In this document: one piece after another, positions 12,251-27,188 of the stretch
Position numbering within the stretch: position 1 is the stretch's first letter
How the letters are laid out: every line of letters begins with the position of its first letter
Assembly: GCF_006345805.1 (NCBI RefSeq)
Contig: NC_043007.1
Span: 21,638,001-21,702,000, forward strand
Reading direction: 5' to 3'
DNA from: Octopus sinensis
Taxonomy: Eukaryota
DNA length: 64,000 nucleotides
The notes under the pieces: model-generated
Seen by the model: only the letters and a program-made list of their open reading frames with translations
The model's database searches: none
Told to the model about the DNA's origin: nothing
Translations under genes and position numbers: made by a program

Positions 12251-13871
12251 AAGAAAAGAATTAATAAAATATGGTATTTGAAGAATGTCTTGAATGGGAA
12301 AATAGGGACTTAATTCCATATCATTTTGTTTTAGACCTGAGGTTCTCAACCATTTTCCATCTATGGACCCTTCAATTATTATTTTATTCTAAACACAGAG
12401 GGGACAAACAAGGACAGACAAACGGATTAAGTCGATTACATCAACCCCAGTGCGTAACTGATACTTATATAATCGACCCCAAAAGGATGAAAGGCAAAGT
12501 CGACCTCAGCAGAATTTGAACTCAGAACGTAGCAGCAGACAAAATACTACTAAGCATTTCGCCGGCGTGCTAACGTTTCTGCCAGCTTGCCACCTTCCTA
12601 TCAGTTTCTATCAGGTTCACGCACAAGGCATTGGTCAGCCCAGGGTTATATTGTAAGACATGCCCTAGGTGCTGTACAGTGAAACTGAACCTGAAATCAC
12701 ATGGCTGCAAAGCAAGTTTCTTAACCACACAGCCAAGCCTATGTCTGTCTCTTTATATTTTGAATTAAGCTAATTACCCCAAGTGAAATTGAACCCAAAA
12801 CCACATGACTGCAAAACAAGTTTCTTAACCACCCAGCCAAGCCTGTGTCTGTCTCTTTATATTTTGAATTAAGCTATACCCTAAGATTTAAGGAGGAGCA
12901 AGGAGGTCACATTTTTTCATTTTTCTTCTTTCTTTTCGAACTAAAATATTTTAATGGGTTGAAGAAAACTGATCTACTTCACACACATTTCTTTTCTATT
13001 CTATAGTAAACTTGGTAGGTATTTTACTTATTTTTTTTTTTTTTCATTTCATTTTTTTTTTTCGTTTCTTTTTTTTTTCCTTGGGGGCAGTTTCAGCAGC
13101 AGTTATAAGTTATAGACTAGAATTGGTTAAGTCAGCTACTGGATCTAAACAAGCACACATCACACTTCCCATCCACCCTGAAAAGCTTTCACTATCTCTA
13201 CATATTTCTTCTTTTTTTTTCTTTTTCTTTTTCTTTTTTTTTTTTGTTTTCTTTTATTTTTCTATCCACCTACAACTAACTCCATCACTCACAGGCAGTC
13301 TTAGTTATGGGGCGTGCAAGAACTCTGCAAAGGTATTTCAGACATTAACTTCCAACACATCTCTACCTGGTCTATATACAAAACCGACGCAGAAGAAAAC
13401 AAACCTCACCCGGGGCTGTTTTATATTATATATAAACATATATAATATAGCAAGACTTTCTTATTCTATTCCATATCTTCTTAAAGGAATATGCCTAAAA
13501 TTCCCGATCTTCCTCAAACGAAAGGTACTATGTTCCTTATGAAACTTGTTTTCTGCTTCAGTGCGGTTTTATACTAGTTTCTGCTTCTCTGTTTCTGCTT
13601 TCATAAATGTTTGCTATTCATTATTAACTTAGACTCTCTTAAACACAGCAGATAACAATCTTCAATCTTATATGATTCACTTCTCACTATATTAATGTTG
13701 TATGAATTTATTAGCAATTTGTTATGTATGAACGGACAGGTGTAGTTTCTTGTGGTATGTCTTTATTCTTTTTGCGAGCACACAAAACTTCCTATATCTT
13801 CATCCTCAAAATTTTATTATTGTTGTGAGTGTGTGTGTCTAAATATATATATATATAATATATATATATAT

Positions 13872-14022
13872 ATACTTTATTTAAAAGCAGCAGGGAACGT
13901 GAAACTCCGAGTAACAGGTTTTGTTGAATTTCTGCTGCTTTTAAATAAAGCATATTACTCTACCCCTGGTATTTGAGTACTCTTTTTTCCACCTTGTTTC
14001 ACATTTATGTGTTTACTCCGGT
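13872..14022 (+). mobile_element. Short Penelope-like 3' fragment with an inverted 5' segment, in (TA)n
   Basis: ctttatttaaaagcagcag and ctgctgcttttaaataaag form an inverted repeat around gaaactccgagta, which resembles the 3' half of a hammerhead. (TA)n lies on both sides. Confidence 0.4.
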
Positions 14023-14277
14023 ATATATATATATATATATATGCACACATAATATGCACTCACACAAATATATATGTGTATGTGTGTGTGTATGTATGTA
14101 TATATATAATGTGTGTGTGTATATTGATTTTCAATATTTCATCTATTCAAAAAGACAATCAATACTTCATTTCTTTATACTACTATATATACTTTTCATA
14201 CTATACATTCTATATTCTACATTAATATTATAAAGAATATAAATAAAACATAAAAAAACAGAGTTGGGATTTCTTTG

Positions 14278-14280
<3 letters not shown>

Positions 14281-14322
<42 letters not shown>

Positions 14323-14939
14323 ATATAAATTTAAAATAGTAAGGGTGAAAAATTGAATATTAATTTGATTAATATCAATTTTAAAACCAGTGGTTTAGCA
14401 TATTAAAATCTGAAGATTCAGAAAAATTGTATTACATACATATAAGAGGAATATCCACGAAGTGGATATCCATTATGCTAGAAGTCAACCCCCTATGGTC
14501 TTACCACTAAGGAATGTTCTCAAGAAAATGTTTTCTTGAGAACATTCCTTTCTTAGTGGTAAGACCATAGAGGGTCGACTTCTAGCATAATGGATGTCCA
14601 CTTAGTGGTCATCCCTCTTATATGTATATATATATATATATAAATTTGCACATCCAACTCGAATGTGTTGTTCTGAACACTTTGGGTTGTAGTAGTCATC
14701 CTAAGAAATGGTATATGCTTGTGTGTGTGTGTGTGTATATATACACACACACACAAATATACATATATATGTATATATATAATATGCACACACTCACTGC
14801 ATTTTAGTCCAACCCATGCCGTCATGGAAAACAAACGTTAAATGATATGCATGTGTGTACATATACATACATATATATGTATATATGTATATGTATATAT
14901 ATGTATATGTATATATATATGTGTGTATGTATATATATA

Positions 14940-14983
<44 letters not shown>

Positions 14984-15572
14984 TTAAAATAGTAAGGGTG
15001 AAAAATTGAATATTAATTTGATTAATATCAATTTTAAAACCAGTGGTTTAGCATATTAAAATCTGAAGATTCAGAAAAATTGTATTACATACATATAAGA
15101 GGAATATCCACGAAGTGGATATCCATTATGCTAGAAGTCAACCCCCTATGGTCTTACCACTAAGGAATGTTCTCAAGAAAATGTTTTCTTGAGAACATTC
15201 CTTTCTTAGTGGTAAGACCATAGAGGGTCGACTTCTAGCATAATGGATGTCCACTTAGTGGTCATCCCTCTTATATGTATATATATATATATAAATTTGC
15301 ACATCCAACTCGAATGTGTTGTTCTGAACACTTTGGGTTGTAGTAGTCATCCTAAGAAATGGTATATGCTTGTGTGTGTGTGTGTATATATACACACACA
15401 CACAAATATACATATATATGTATATATAATATGCACACACTCACTGCATTTTAGTCCAACCCATGCCGTCATGGAAAACAAACGTTAAATGATATGCATG
15501 TGTGTACATATACATACATATATATGTATATATGTATATGTATATATATGTATATGTATATATATATGTGTG

Positions 15573-15612
<40 letters not shown>
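14281..15612. repeat. Near-identical tandem duplication (~655-bp unit), each unit containing a ~190-bp palindrome
   Basis: About 14325-14940 is repeated at about 14978-15600, differing mainly in microsatellite length. Hairpins lie at 14436-14627 and 15089-15280, centred on caagaaaa-TG-ttttcttg. Confidence 0.9.
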
Positions 15613-15615
<3 letters not shown>

Positions 15616-16667
15616 TGAAAATGTTATAACTATAGGATATTTGAGTTAAAATAATGAAAGTTTTTTTTTTTTTTGTAATAAATCCTCCAAAGATAAGATT
15701 TATTTTATGCATCCTTTCAAACAGTAAATCAATTAAATTTTATCATTTTCTAATTTTTTCCAAATAAAATTCAAAAAGAAAAAAAAATTCATCAAATATT
15801 TCTTGAAATCTGAAATCCTTTGATAATACTATTTTATCAGTGAAAAAAAAAAACAAGAAAGAAAATAAGAAACATTTTTCACCATGCACGAATACTGAAT
15901 AGTGAAATTCTTATAGCATTTTTGTTTTTTGGGTCTTTTTTTTTTTTTTTTCATATTTTAAAGCAAAAATATTGCAGAAATAACTGGAGGCTATAAAGCA
16001 TCTTCTTTCTACAGTTTAGGTGCAAATGCACACATATTCATGTGGCCATGCACACATAAAACTATAGAATAATTACAGTGATAAGAATAGCTGAGTCATT
16101 AACAAAATTCTGCTCCGTTTTCGTGGCTTTGTGGGGTATTTCATTTCATATCGAAAGCAAGTTAATAATTGTATATAGTCTTCAGTTTTAAGCTGGCTGT
16201 TAAAGTTTGGTGCTGTGGAATGTGCTTAAGAATTTGATGTGTGATAGATTGGTATCCCCCCTGCTTATGGGATGATTAATTTCTAATCTAATTTATATGT
16301 AGGATGTAGAAAAATTCCTTGTGTCTGCACAATGCGTGTGCATGTATGGGTTTTTTTTGCAGTTTTACGCACAAATATGTTAAGACTATAGAAACTTCCT
16401 TTATTACTCATATGGAGTGTCGTACGCATGTGCGCGCGTGCACACATGGTTGTAGGTGCAGGCATGGCTGTGTGGTTAAGAAACTTCCTTTGCAACTATG
16501 TGATTTTAAGTTCGATCCCACTTCACAGCACATTGGGCAAATATCTTCTGCTAGGCACCTGGGCCAACCAATACTTTGTGAGTGAATTTAGTAGATAGAA
16601 ACTATGTAGAAGCCCATCAACATACACACACATGTGTATGTATTTTTATATATATATATATATATAT

Positions 16668-17190
16668 CATCATCATCATCATCATCATTTAACGTCCGCT
16701 TTCCATGCTAGCATGGGTTGGACAGTTCAACTGGGGTCTGGGGAGCCCGAAGGCTGCACCAGGCCAGTCAGATCTGGCAGTGTTTCTACAGCTGGATGCC
16801 CTTCCTAACGCCAACCACTCCGAGAGTGTAGTGGGTGATTTTATGTGCCACCGACACAGGTGCCAGACGAGGCTGGCGAACGGCCACGCTTGGATGGTGT
16901 TTTTATGTGCCACCGCCACAGGTGCCAGACGAGGCTGGCGAACAGCCACGCTCGGATGGTGTTTTTATGTGCCACCGACACAGGTGCCAGACAAGGCTAG
17001 CAGACGACCACGCTCGGATGGTGTTTTTTTATGTGCCACCGACACAGGAGCCAGATGAGGCTGGCGATCGGCCACGTGCCCACAGCATGGAGGCCAGTCG
17101 GTGCGGTACTGGCTACGGCCACGTTCGGATGGTTTTCTTGTGTGCCACAAAGATACAAATTCCATTGATGTTCATCTATTTTGATTTTGT
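16668..17190 (-). mobile_element. RTE 3'-UTR-derived repeat containing a ~60-bp minisatellite (about 4 copies, 16840-17078)
   Basis: Unit ttttatgtgccaccgacacaggtgccagacgaggctggcgaacggccacgctcggatggtgt, with a (cat)n tail at 16668-16688. Confidence 0.8.
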
Positions 17191-17267
17191 TTGATTTTTT
17201 GATATATATATGTGTGTATATATATATATGCGTGTGTGTATATATATGTGTGTGTGTGTATATATGT

Positions 17268-17310
<43 letters not shown>

Positions 17311-17610
17311 ATATATGTATTTGTGTGTGTGTGTGTTTATGTGTATATGTATGTATGTGTTTGCCTTTGTAGTTGTATATTATGTCCTCTCCCCCACCCC
17401 ACCCCCATTATTGCTTGATAACTGGTGCTGGTTTATTTATGTCCTTGTATCTTAGCAGTTTGACAGAAAGAGACCGATAGAATAAGTGCCAGAACTTTTT
17501 AAAATAAAAGAAAGAAAAAATTTTTGAAGTCAATTCATTTAACTAATCTCTTCAAGGCATGGCTGCAATCCAATGACTGAAACCGGTAAAGGATAAAAAA
17601 TTATTTATAT

Positions 17611-17642
<32 letters not shown>

Positions 17643-17891
17643 CATTTTGGTAATTCATAACCTTAACTCCACACATTTTCATGTTGGTATTCAGGTGAAT
17701 ATTAGCTTGAAAGGATATTGGTAATCTTCTTGGGCCTTATTCACCAATAGCTGTGTAGGTTAATATCTGCCTGAATATCTGCATAAAATTCCAGCTTGGA
17801 TATAAGTTCATTGACACACACCCTTGCCTCGTATACAACACATGGCTTTTGCTGGCATATAGGTTAGTGTTTGAAATTTTGTCTAGAGTAA

Positions 17892-18290
17892 AGGAATGGC
17901 TGTGTGGTAAGTAGCATGCTTACCAACCACATGGTTCCGGGGTCAGTCCCACTGTGTGGCACCTTGGGCAAGTGTCTTCTACTATAGCCTCGGGCCAACC
18001 AAAGCCTTGTGAGTGGATTTGGTAGACAGAAACTGAAAGAAGCCCATCGTATATATGTATGTATGTGTGTGTATATATGTTTGTATGTCTGTTTGTCCCC
18101 CCAACATCGCTTGGCAACCGATGCTGGTGTGTTTACGTCTCCGTAACTTAGCAGTTCGGCAAAAGAGTCCGATAGAATAAGTAGTAGGCTTACAAAGAAT
18201 AAGTTCTGGGGTCGATTTGCTTGACTAAAGGTGGTGCTCTAGCATGGTCGCAGTCAAATGACTGAAACTAGTAAAAGAGATAAAAGAGTA
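17892..18290 (+). mobile_element. SINE family A
   Basis: Full-length match to family A. Confidence 0.85.
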
Positions 18291-20076
18291 ATTTTACTAA
18301 TCGGTGGATTATTCTAATCTGTCGTATTTATTTCTTTGTTGCCCACAGGGGACTAAAAATAGAGGAGACAAACAAGGGCAGACAAAGGGACTAAGTTGAT
18401 TACATCAATCCCAGTGCGTAACTGGTACTTCTATAATCGACCCCGAAAGGATGAAGGGTAAAGTCGACCTCGGCAGAATTTGAACTCAGAATGTAATGGC
18501 AGACAAACTACCGCTAAGCATTTCGCCCTGCGTGCTAATGATTCTGCCAGCTCACCTCACATCTACTGTCATATTGATTGATTGATTAACCTTTAGTACA
18601 CTGATTTGCTCCTAGAATTGTTTCCCCTGCCAATGCACTTTTTTGTTTTTTGAGGAAGCAAAAAACCTGAGCACCTTTTGTTTTTTTAAAACTGCCATAA
18701 CTTTCTTTGTATTGTGTGTACAAACTTGGTTTTTGTATACTTATAAAGGAATGGATGAGTAAGATTTTTATGTAATACATTACATTCTGTTTTCATGTTG
18801 TGACATTGAAAAAGAAAAAAACAAAGACAAACAACACAAATATGTTGGCGTACTTTTATCATACCTTGATAACAGTCTATGAAGTTCTGAGGTGCAGTCT
18901 ACCTTATGATCCATCTGACTGTGGTACCTCTGGAAGCAGGGTTATGGGCAGAGTGCCACATCACATTTTCTGCTCACGAACTGTTTTCACCAACTGATTT
19001 ATTTGGATTTAAATATTTTTGCACATCTAGCAGTGCCATGGCACGTAAAAAGCACCATTCGAGCATGATCGTTACCAGCGTCACCTTACTGGCACTTGTG
19101 TCAGTGTACAGGTGACATGTAAAAAAAAAAAAATTTTCCGTGACTGCTGCCAGTACCACCTGACTGGCCCTCGTGCTGGTGGCACATAAAAGCACTCACT
19201 ACACTGTCGGAGTGGTTGGCGTTAGGAAGGGCATCCAACTGTAGAAACTCTGCCAAATCAAGATTGGAGCCTGGTGCAGCCATCTGGTTCACCAGTCCTC
19301 ACTCAAATCGTCCAACCCATGCTAGCATGGAAAGCGGACGTTAAACGACAACGATGATGATGATGAGCAGTAGTAATGTATGCTCTCTTAAAAAACAACC
19401 TACATTCCTTGATTTAAATCAGCCATATCCAACCCAAATGCCCTCCCCCTTTTTTTTATGTTCAAACTAATCAGATCCATCATCTCACACCTACCCTACA
19501 ATGTCATTCTATAAAATAAACAATCACATGAAAATCTTGAAGCTAGAAGGAAATTTATGACTTCAAAACAATGTAAACAAGAGCATTCAGAGAGTGCAAG
19601 CCACCCCCAAGGCAACACCAAAGTCCTCTCAATGATTAGCCAGAGATGATTTTTTTAAATAACAATATCTGAAATAAATTAGATTGCTCTCACAAACGAG
19701 AAAACTAAGAATGAACCCAACTGCTCTCAAAAATTAATCCTTGTCCGGTACCGGATCAATCCCAAAATCTAATCAGTTTGTGCCAGCCATGAGGCCAAAC
19801 ATTCCTGAAAGTTTCATCCAAATCCATTTGGTGGTTCTTGAGATATCTTGTCCACAGACAAACTAAGTAAAAAACAAACATGTCTGAAAACAATACTTCT
19901 GCATTCACTAAGGCAGAGATAATAAATATGCATTACATACGACAAGTTTCACCGAATAATTGATATGAGTCTAAATATTTAATCCTTTAGCATTTAAATT
20001 ACTCTGACAAATGCAATGTTGATTTATCTACGTTGCTTTGAACTGATGCTGCATTACCTTATAGCTGCAAGGTTTC

Positions 20077-20492
20077 TTATTTCTTTACTGCCCACAAGAA
20101 GCTAAACATAGAGGGGACAAACAAGGACAGACAAAGGGATTAAGTCAATTAGATTGACCCCAGAGTGTAACTGGTACTTAATTTATCGACCCCGAAAGGA
20201 TGAAAGGCAAAGTCAACCTCGGCGGAATTTGGACTCAGAACGTAACAGCAGATAAAATACCTATTTCTTTACTACCCACAAGGGGCTAAACACAGAGGGG
20301 ACAAAAAATGACAGACAAACGGATTAAGTCAATTTTATCGACCCTAGTGCATAACTGGTACTTAATTTATTGACCCCGAAAGGATGAAAGGCAAAGTCGA
20401 CCTTGGCAGAATTTGAACCCAGAACATAGCGGCAGACGAAATACCGCTAAGTATTTCGCCCAGCGTGCTAACATTTCTGCCAACTCGCTGCT
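20077..20492 (-). mobile_element. SINE family B, dimeric form
   Basis: Same junction (aaaatacctatttctttact) at ~20255-20273. Confidence 0.8.
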
Positions 20493-20811
20493 TATAGCTT
20501 CAAGGTTTCTGTAAGTTAATTGTTTACTTTTAGAATGACATTGTAGGGTAGGTGTGAGAGGCTAGATCTGGTTGGTTTGAACATAAAGCAGGTAGAACAT
20601 TTGGACCAGATACAGTGCATTTAATTGCTAAAGAGTTAAATTTACCTATTCTAATTTATCTTTCACCAACCAATTAATATGGATCTAATTATTTTTGCAC
20701 ATCTAGCAACAGTATGTATGTTGTTTTCTTAAAAAACCATCTACCTGCTCTGATTTTAAGCGTCATAATTATCAGGTACATCATAACTATACTGAGCAAT
20801 ATAGAAATATA

Positions 20812-21205
20812 CTAGCAATATCGCCCGGCGTTGCTCGGGTTTGTTTCAACCCTTTAGAATTGGAATTTTTGAAAAGTAAAAATTTTGCATTATGTAGCTT
20901 GTTATTCTCTTTAAGTGAACATTTTTCTGGTTGAAATACACCGAAAAATGGTGACACAGCAGTCAAAAATTCGTAAAAAATAGGGATTTTCATAGTAAAA
21001 AAGCACCTTTTTGATGTAAATAATTTTTGGTGTTAACATGGTCCGATTTGAATTTTTTCTTCTACGGAAGGAAGAGCAAGCCTTCTTCTATCATACTCTC
21101 AATTTTGATCAACTTGCGCCGTAGGGTCTCGGAGGAGATAGTGTTAGTTGAAGGCTACCAAACCTGCCATACACAGACAACTTCAGCTTTATATATATAG
21201 AGAGA
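20812..21205 (-). mobile_element. Non-autonomous Helitron
   Basis: Minus strand starts TC(TA)n-aaagctgaagttgtctg and ends with hairpin cccgagcaacgccggg followed by CTAG. Inserted at A|T with no target duplication. Confidence 0.8.
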
Positions 21206-22329
21206 TTGAGAAAAAAGAACATTCTTTTCTGGCTGTCAGCTGATTGTAGACATCACTACTGTCATAACATGAACCATTTAGGAGAACAATGCTCTTACAT
21301 GAGCACTCAAATCTGCTAGAAACCCCTCATCAAACTAATGACAATGCTGCCACTTACAGCAGCAAGTCGTTGCTACCATACAGTACCTATTTACAGCTGG
21401 GTGAGAGCTAAGAGTTAAATGTCTTACCACGTGGGAGAGAGTTGTGTCTTACTAATGGCTAAATCAGTGCTGAAGGTGGAATACGAACAGCTGGTCTTTT
21501 AGTTGAATCATCATCATCATCATCATTAACATCCGTTTTCCTTGCTGGCATGGGTTAGACAGTTTGACTGGAGCTAGTAAGCTGGAGAGCTGCACCAGGC
21601 TCCAGCTGTCCATTTTGGCTTGGTTTCTACAGCTGGATACCTTTCATAAAACCAACCACTTTACAGAGTCTAGTGGAGGAGGCGTCTTTTATGACTTTGC
21701 CTTTCATCCTTTCAGGGTCGATAGATTAACCCTTTAGTGTTCAGATTAATATATCAAAAGTAATCCTTATTTATTTACATTTTATAAAAATGAATCTGGT
21801 ATTATCTCGTAGCTTCAAGAGTTGAAAGATGTAATTGTTTATTTTTAGAATGACATTGCAGGGTAGGTGTGAGATGCTGGTTCTGGCCAGTTTGAGCATA
21901 AAATGAGTAGAATATTTGGGCTAGATACAGCACTGGGGTCGATATAATCGTATTTTATGTGTCACCGGCACATTGACATGTAAAGGCCTTCCATGCTTGT
22001 AACTGTGCAATTTTTAAAAAAAGGGGACCAGTTTGGGACTCATTGATAGTAAATAATTTTAAGGTGAATGGTACAAAATGCTTCCAAAAGATCTTGTCTA
22101 AAAAGACCATTTGGCATCTTTCATGCATATTATTGTGGAATTTGGAAATTGTTGAAGAAGACTAAGGAATTAACAAGGCAAAAAAAACAAACGTACACTG
22201 ACATGAACATCTGATTCAGGTGTACCAGTCAAAAAAAAAAGTCGTTTCATACCGTTTTTTTTTTCTCATGGAAGGTTCTTAGATCAATATGCAGAATCTA
22301 TTTAACATACAGGTTACCCCATAAGCTCT

Positions 22330-22730
22330 TTTATTCTCTTTTACTTGTTTCAGTCATTTGACTGTGGCCATGCTGGAGCACCACCTTTAGTCGAGCAAAT
22401 CGACCCCAGGACTTATTCTTTGTAAGCCTAGTACTTATTCTGTCAGATTCTTTTGCTAAACCACTAAGTTACAGGGACCTAAACTCACCACCATCAGTTG
22501 TCAAGTGATGTTGGGGGGACAAGCACAAACACATAGACACACACACACACATACACACACACACACACATATATACAACGGGCTTCTTTCAGTTTCCGTC
22601 TACCAAATCCACTCACAAGGCTTTGGTTGGCCCGAGGCTATAGTAGAAGACATTTGCCCAAGGTGCAACGCAGTGGGACTGAACCCGGAACCATGTGGTT
22701 GGTAAGCAAGCTACTTACCACACAGCTACT
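22330..22730 (-). mobile_element. SINE family A
   Basis: Reverse-complement match to family A. Confidence 0.85.
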
Positions 22731-24911
22731 GTGTATGTATATGCGCGTGTGTGTGTGTGTGTGTATATATATGTATATACACACATACATATTTATATGT
22801 GTGTGTAAGAATTTAGAAACTTGAAGAATGTGAAATATTTCCTTCTCAGAATGGTGAATCTCAAAGCAGATAAAGCTGTAAAGAATAATACCCATTGGGC
22901 ATAAACTCACATCTGTACTAGCTTTTGACTTTTCCCATCCCAATGGTTTTTAACCCAATATTTACAGGTTACTAATTATAGCTTTATATGCTTCAAGACT
23001 CACTGTTGCAAAGAAGAAAAAAAAAGAATTCTGTAAGGGCACATACACACACACACACGCATGTATGAACAGTGATATCCATCTATAAATGAATAACTCT
23101 ACTGGTTTTAGAGGTGGGAAAGGGGGAAATGGAAGTTGTGGTGTTCATGCTATCATTGAATGAAATTACCATCATATAATCAAAGCTAAGCGATTTCGTA
23201 GGATTACAAGCAGGTCATTGACTCTGATTGCCAGTATTTGGCTAATATTCAAACCATGGTCTTGGCTTCTGGTCTACTACACTAATATGTATTCGTGCAT
23301 GCATATAATATTTCTATATACAATAGAGGGAAAGAGAGGGTGAGTTACAGCTGTAGTCTTTCAATGTACTCGTAGAATTTTCTCCTTATTATTAAAAGGG
23401 TAATGGTCTAGAAGAATTGTTGGAACATTAGAGATTATGCCTTCTGTTCTGTAGTTTATAGACTTTTATGCTATCAGTTCAAATCCTGCTCAGGTCGACT
23501 TTGTACATCTCCTAAGGGTCAATAGTATATACGTACATATTTCTTTACTACCCACAAGGGGCTAAACACAGAGGGGACGAACAAGGACAGACAAACGGAT
23601 TAAGTCGATTACATCGACCCCAATGCGTTACTGGTACTCAATTTATCGACCCCGAAAGGATGAAAGGTAAAGTCGACTTCGGCGGAATTTGAACTCAGAA
23701 CATAACGGCAGACGAAATACGGCTACGCATTTTGCCTGATGTACTGTTTCTGCCAGCTTGCCGCCTAAGGGTCAATAGTATATACATACCAGTCAGGAAC
23801 TGGGGTTGGTGTAATAAACCATTCTCTTCCTGCAAGATTTTTGGCCTGGAATCTAAATAAGAAATTACTATTGTTGTTGTTAACATTATCATCATCATTA
23901 TTATTATTATTATTAAGGCGGTGAACTGACAGAATGGTTAGCATTCCGGGCAAATTGCTTAGCAGTATTTCGTCCATCTTTACATTCTGTGTTCAATTTC
24001 CGCCGAGGTCAGCTTTGCCTTTCATCCTTTTGGGGTCAATGAAATAAGTACCAGTTGATCACTGCAGTTGATGTAATCCACTAGGCCCCTACCCCCCAAA
24101 AAAACAAAATTTAGGCCTTGTGCCTATAGTTGAAAGGATTATTATTATTATTATTATTATTATTATTTAAAAATAAGGCAATGAGCTGGCAGGATCATTA
24201 GCGCATCAGACAAATTGCTTAGTGGAATTTCTTACATCTTTGCATTCTGAGTTCAAATTCCGCCAAGGTTGACTTTGTCTTTCATCTTTTCAGGGTTGAT
24301 AAAATAAGACCCTACTGATCCCTGAGGTCGATGCAATCAAGTAGCCCCTGTTCCCAAAACATCAGGCTTTGTACATATAATAGAAAGGATTGTTATTATC
24401 ATCATCATCCTCATCATTGTCATCATCATCATCATCATCATCATCATTATTATTATTATTGTTATTGTTATTGTTATTATTATTATTATTATTATTGTAA
24501 AGTGGTGAGCTGGCAGAATTGTTAGCATATTTAGTGGTACTTCTTCTGGCTTTTGTGTTCTGTGCTCAAATTATGCCCTGATCCACTTTATCTATCTTTC
24601 AAGGTCACTAAAATAAAGTACCAGTCAGGTAGTGGGATCTATAATAATTCTGTTGACCCCTCTTCTCTCCTTCAAAATTGCTGGATGTAACAAAATTAGA
24701 AGGAATTATTATTATTATTAGAAAAGTTGCAATCTGGCAGAGTTGTTAGAGCATCAGAAAGAATGCCTTGTGGTATTTTGTCCCAACATTTTACATTCTG
24801 AATTCAGGTCTGCCTTTCATCTTTCTCTGGTTGATAAAATAAAGAGGACAGGGAGCTTCTTGATTTACGTGACTAGCCCCCACCTTCTAAATCTGTTGAA
24901 CCTGTTCCTAA

Positions 24912-25019
24912 TAAGGTTCCCAGATATGAGGCTCTCATCTGTTAAGAGAAGGAGTGTATATCTACCTACTGATGTCTACTTTATTACCTGGTGCCATAAT
25001 CTTCTACAATTTACAACCT
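24912..25019. repeat. Copy 1 of an unclassified ~108-bp duplicated element
   Basis: About 8 substitutions relative to 30545-30652. Both copies are followed by (CT)n. Confidence 0.85.
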
Positions 25020-25043
25020 ATTTCTCTCTCTCTCTCTCTCTCT

Positions 25044-25126
<83 letters not shown>

Positions 25127-27188
25127 GTTTTTGCAACAGAAAGTAACTGGTGCCATAGTTTTCTTTATTCTTTATAGTGACAAAAATATTTTCATTTTTC
25201 CATTTGGTTTGTAAGATTTGAAGTGAACTTCTATACGGAAACTGATTTTGTTGTATCTTGGTAGGATCATTACACCAATAATAAACACATGCACTGGTTT
25301 TCTTTCACTTCTTTATTATTTGTCAGTTGGTTAACCATTTCACCAATTAACTAATTGATTGATTAATTGTTCGATCAGTCAATCAACTAGGTTTATCAAA
25401 ATCCTTTCGTTACCATTTGTGACCTCATCAACAATCTGCCTTCTCTACTCCAAATCTACTTCAGGTCTGTCTATTGAAAAAAATTTGTTTCATAGCTAGC
25501 CATTTTTGTCTTGAACGGTTTATTTTATTAATATCAGAAACACTTATTTCTGAATAATAATAATAATATAAATTTTATCCATTCTTATAAAAATGCACTA
25601 ATTTCTAGAAGCTATTTTACATTACTAATATACATAGATAGAGGATTCTGCTCAAACACATTTGCCAATGTAAAGTAGCAAGCTGGCAGAATCGTTTGCA
25701 CATTGGACAAAATGCTTAGCTATATTTCTTCCATCATTTCACATCCTGAACTCTAAATCCTGACATGGTCAACTTTGGTTTTCATCCTCACAGTCAAGTA
25801 CCGGAGCCAATGAAACAACTGATCCTACGCCTCGTAAAATTCCTGGCTTTCTGCCAAAATTTGAAACCAGTTATTATTCTCCAACATGTCTCTGAAGTTT
25901 ATAGGTAGGAGTCGAATGATGCAATTATAAGAGAGAAAAATAGAGGAAATAAAACTCTGTTATTAATTCAAGTTGAAAGTCAGTTCACTTCTGTATATCA
26001 AACAGCAATTCTACTACATACTGGCTATTCTTGTGTAACACCTATTATCTTACCTGTGCTTAGAACCAACAAATTATTTTCTGTACTTTTGCATAAAACG
26101 TATTTTAAGAATGTAAATACTGCTTAAGCCACTTGAGAGCTAAGAACCGGTACTAGAGTCTGGCTTCTCATATTAAACAAGATCATCATCGTCATTGTTT
26201 AACGTCTGCTTTCCATGCTGGTATGGGTTGGATGGTTTGACTGAGGACTGGCAAGCCAGAAGGCTGCACCAGGCTCAATCTAATCTGGCAGAGTTTCTAC
26301 AGCTGGATGCCCTTCCTAACGCCAACCACTCCGAGAGTGTGGTGGGTGCTTTTACATGCCACCGGCATGAGGGCCACTCAGGCAGTTCTGGCAATGAGCA
26401 CACTCAAAAGGTGTTTTTTACGTGCAACCTGCACGGGAGCCAGTCTCGCGGCACTGACAATGACTACACTCAAATGTTGTTCTTCACGTGCCATGGCGAT
26501 GCTGGCAAGATAAAATATAGAAAACAACATTTACTCCTATAGAGTATGCCAGTCCATCTTGGGTGACAATTCCAGAGGATCTGGGACTTACTTCTGACAG
26601 TTTGTTGGGTTTAATGTATTATCCACGTTGGCAATAAAACACTTGCCTGAAGTGTATTTGATCTCAAAACCTCGAGTTCAATGCCACACCATATCCACTC
26701 AGCCATTTTGTTTTGATTTGCATAAAAATGTCAGGTACCATTAAAGAGATAACCTTGTTTCTAAAGCTATATGAACAGATCCTTATTGGATTATTGGCAA
26801 AAGATGTTTTATATACATTTAGAGTAAACACTTGAGGGCTGAGGGTGGTGCCATACTCCAGCTCCGAATGCAGGAGTCAGTGTTTCATCAGGCAGCGAAG
26901 CAGCACTGTTGGTGTTACATCTCCTTCCATAAGAGCTGTCCTGGGCCACCTACTAATATAGAAGGTGGCCCAGGAGCAGAAGTTTTGTTTGAGTCAGATG
27001 TTGCAACTGTAGGCCAGGTGTTTTTTTTTTCATATATATATATATATATATATGCCTATCCCTACACAAAAATATATATATATATATACCTATCGGGAAG
27101 GTTTACGAAAATAAACAAAAGACGGATGCAGGTGGAGTACAAACAAACAAATGTATTAGTATGGCGCTCAGGAATAGAAATAGAACAA

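Noticed and set aside
13012-13542. 176-aa ORF with a CaaX-like CFIL
   Set aside because: It is largely poly-T tracts read as Phe, and CFIL is not followed by a stop.
14553-14590. Hammerhead-like GACC/GGTC stem inside the 190-bp palindrome
   Set aside because: The flanks (GUGGUAA, GACUU) do not fit the CUGANGA/GAAA core, even allowing compensatory changes.
24989-25157. Repeated GTGCCATA (miR-183/263-type seed match)
   Set aside because: The location appears intronic with no evidence of a 3' UTR, and short matches are expected by chance.
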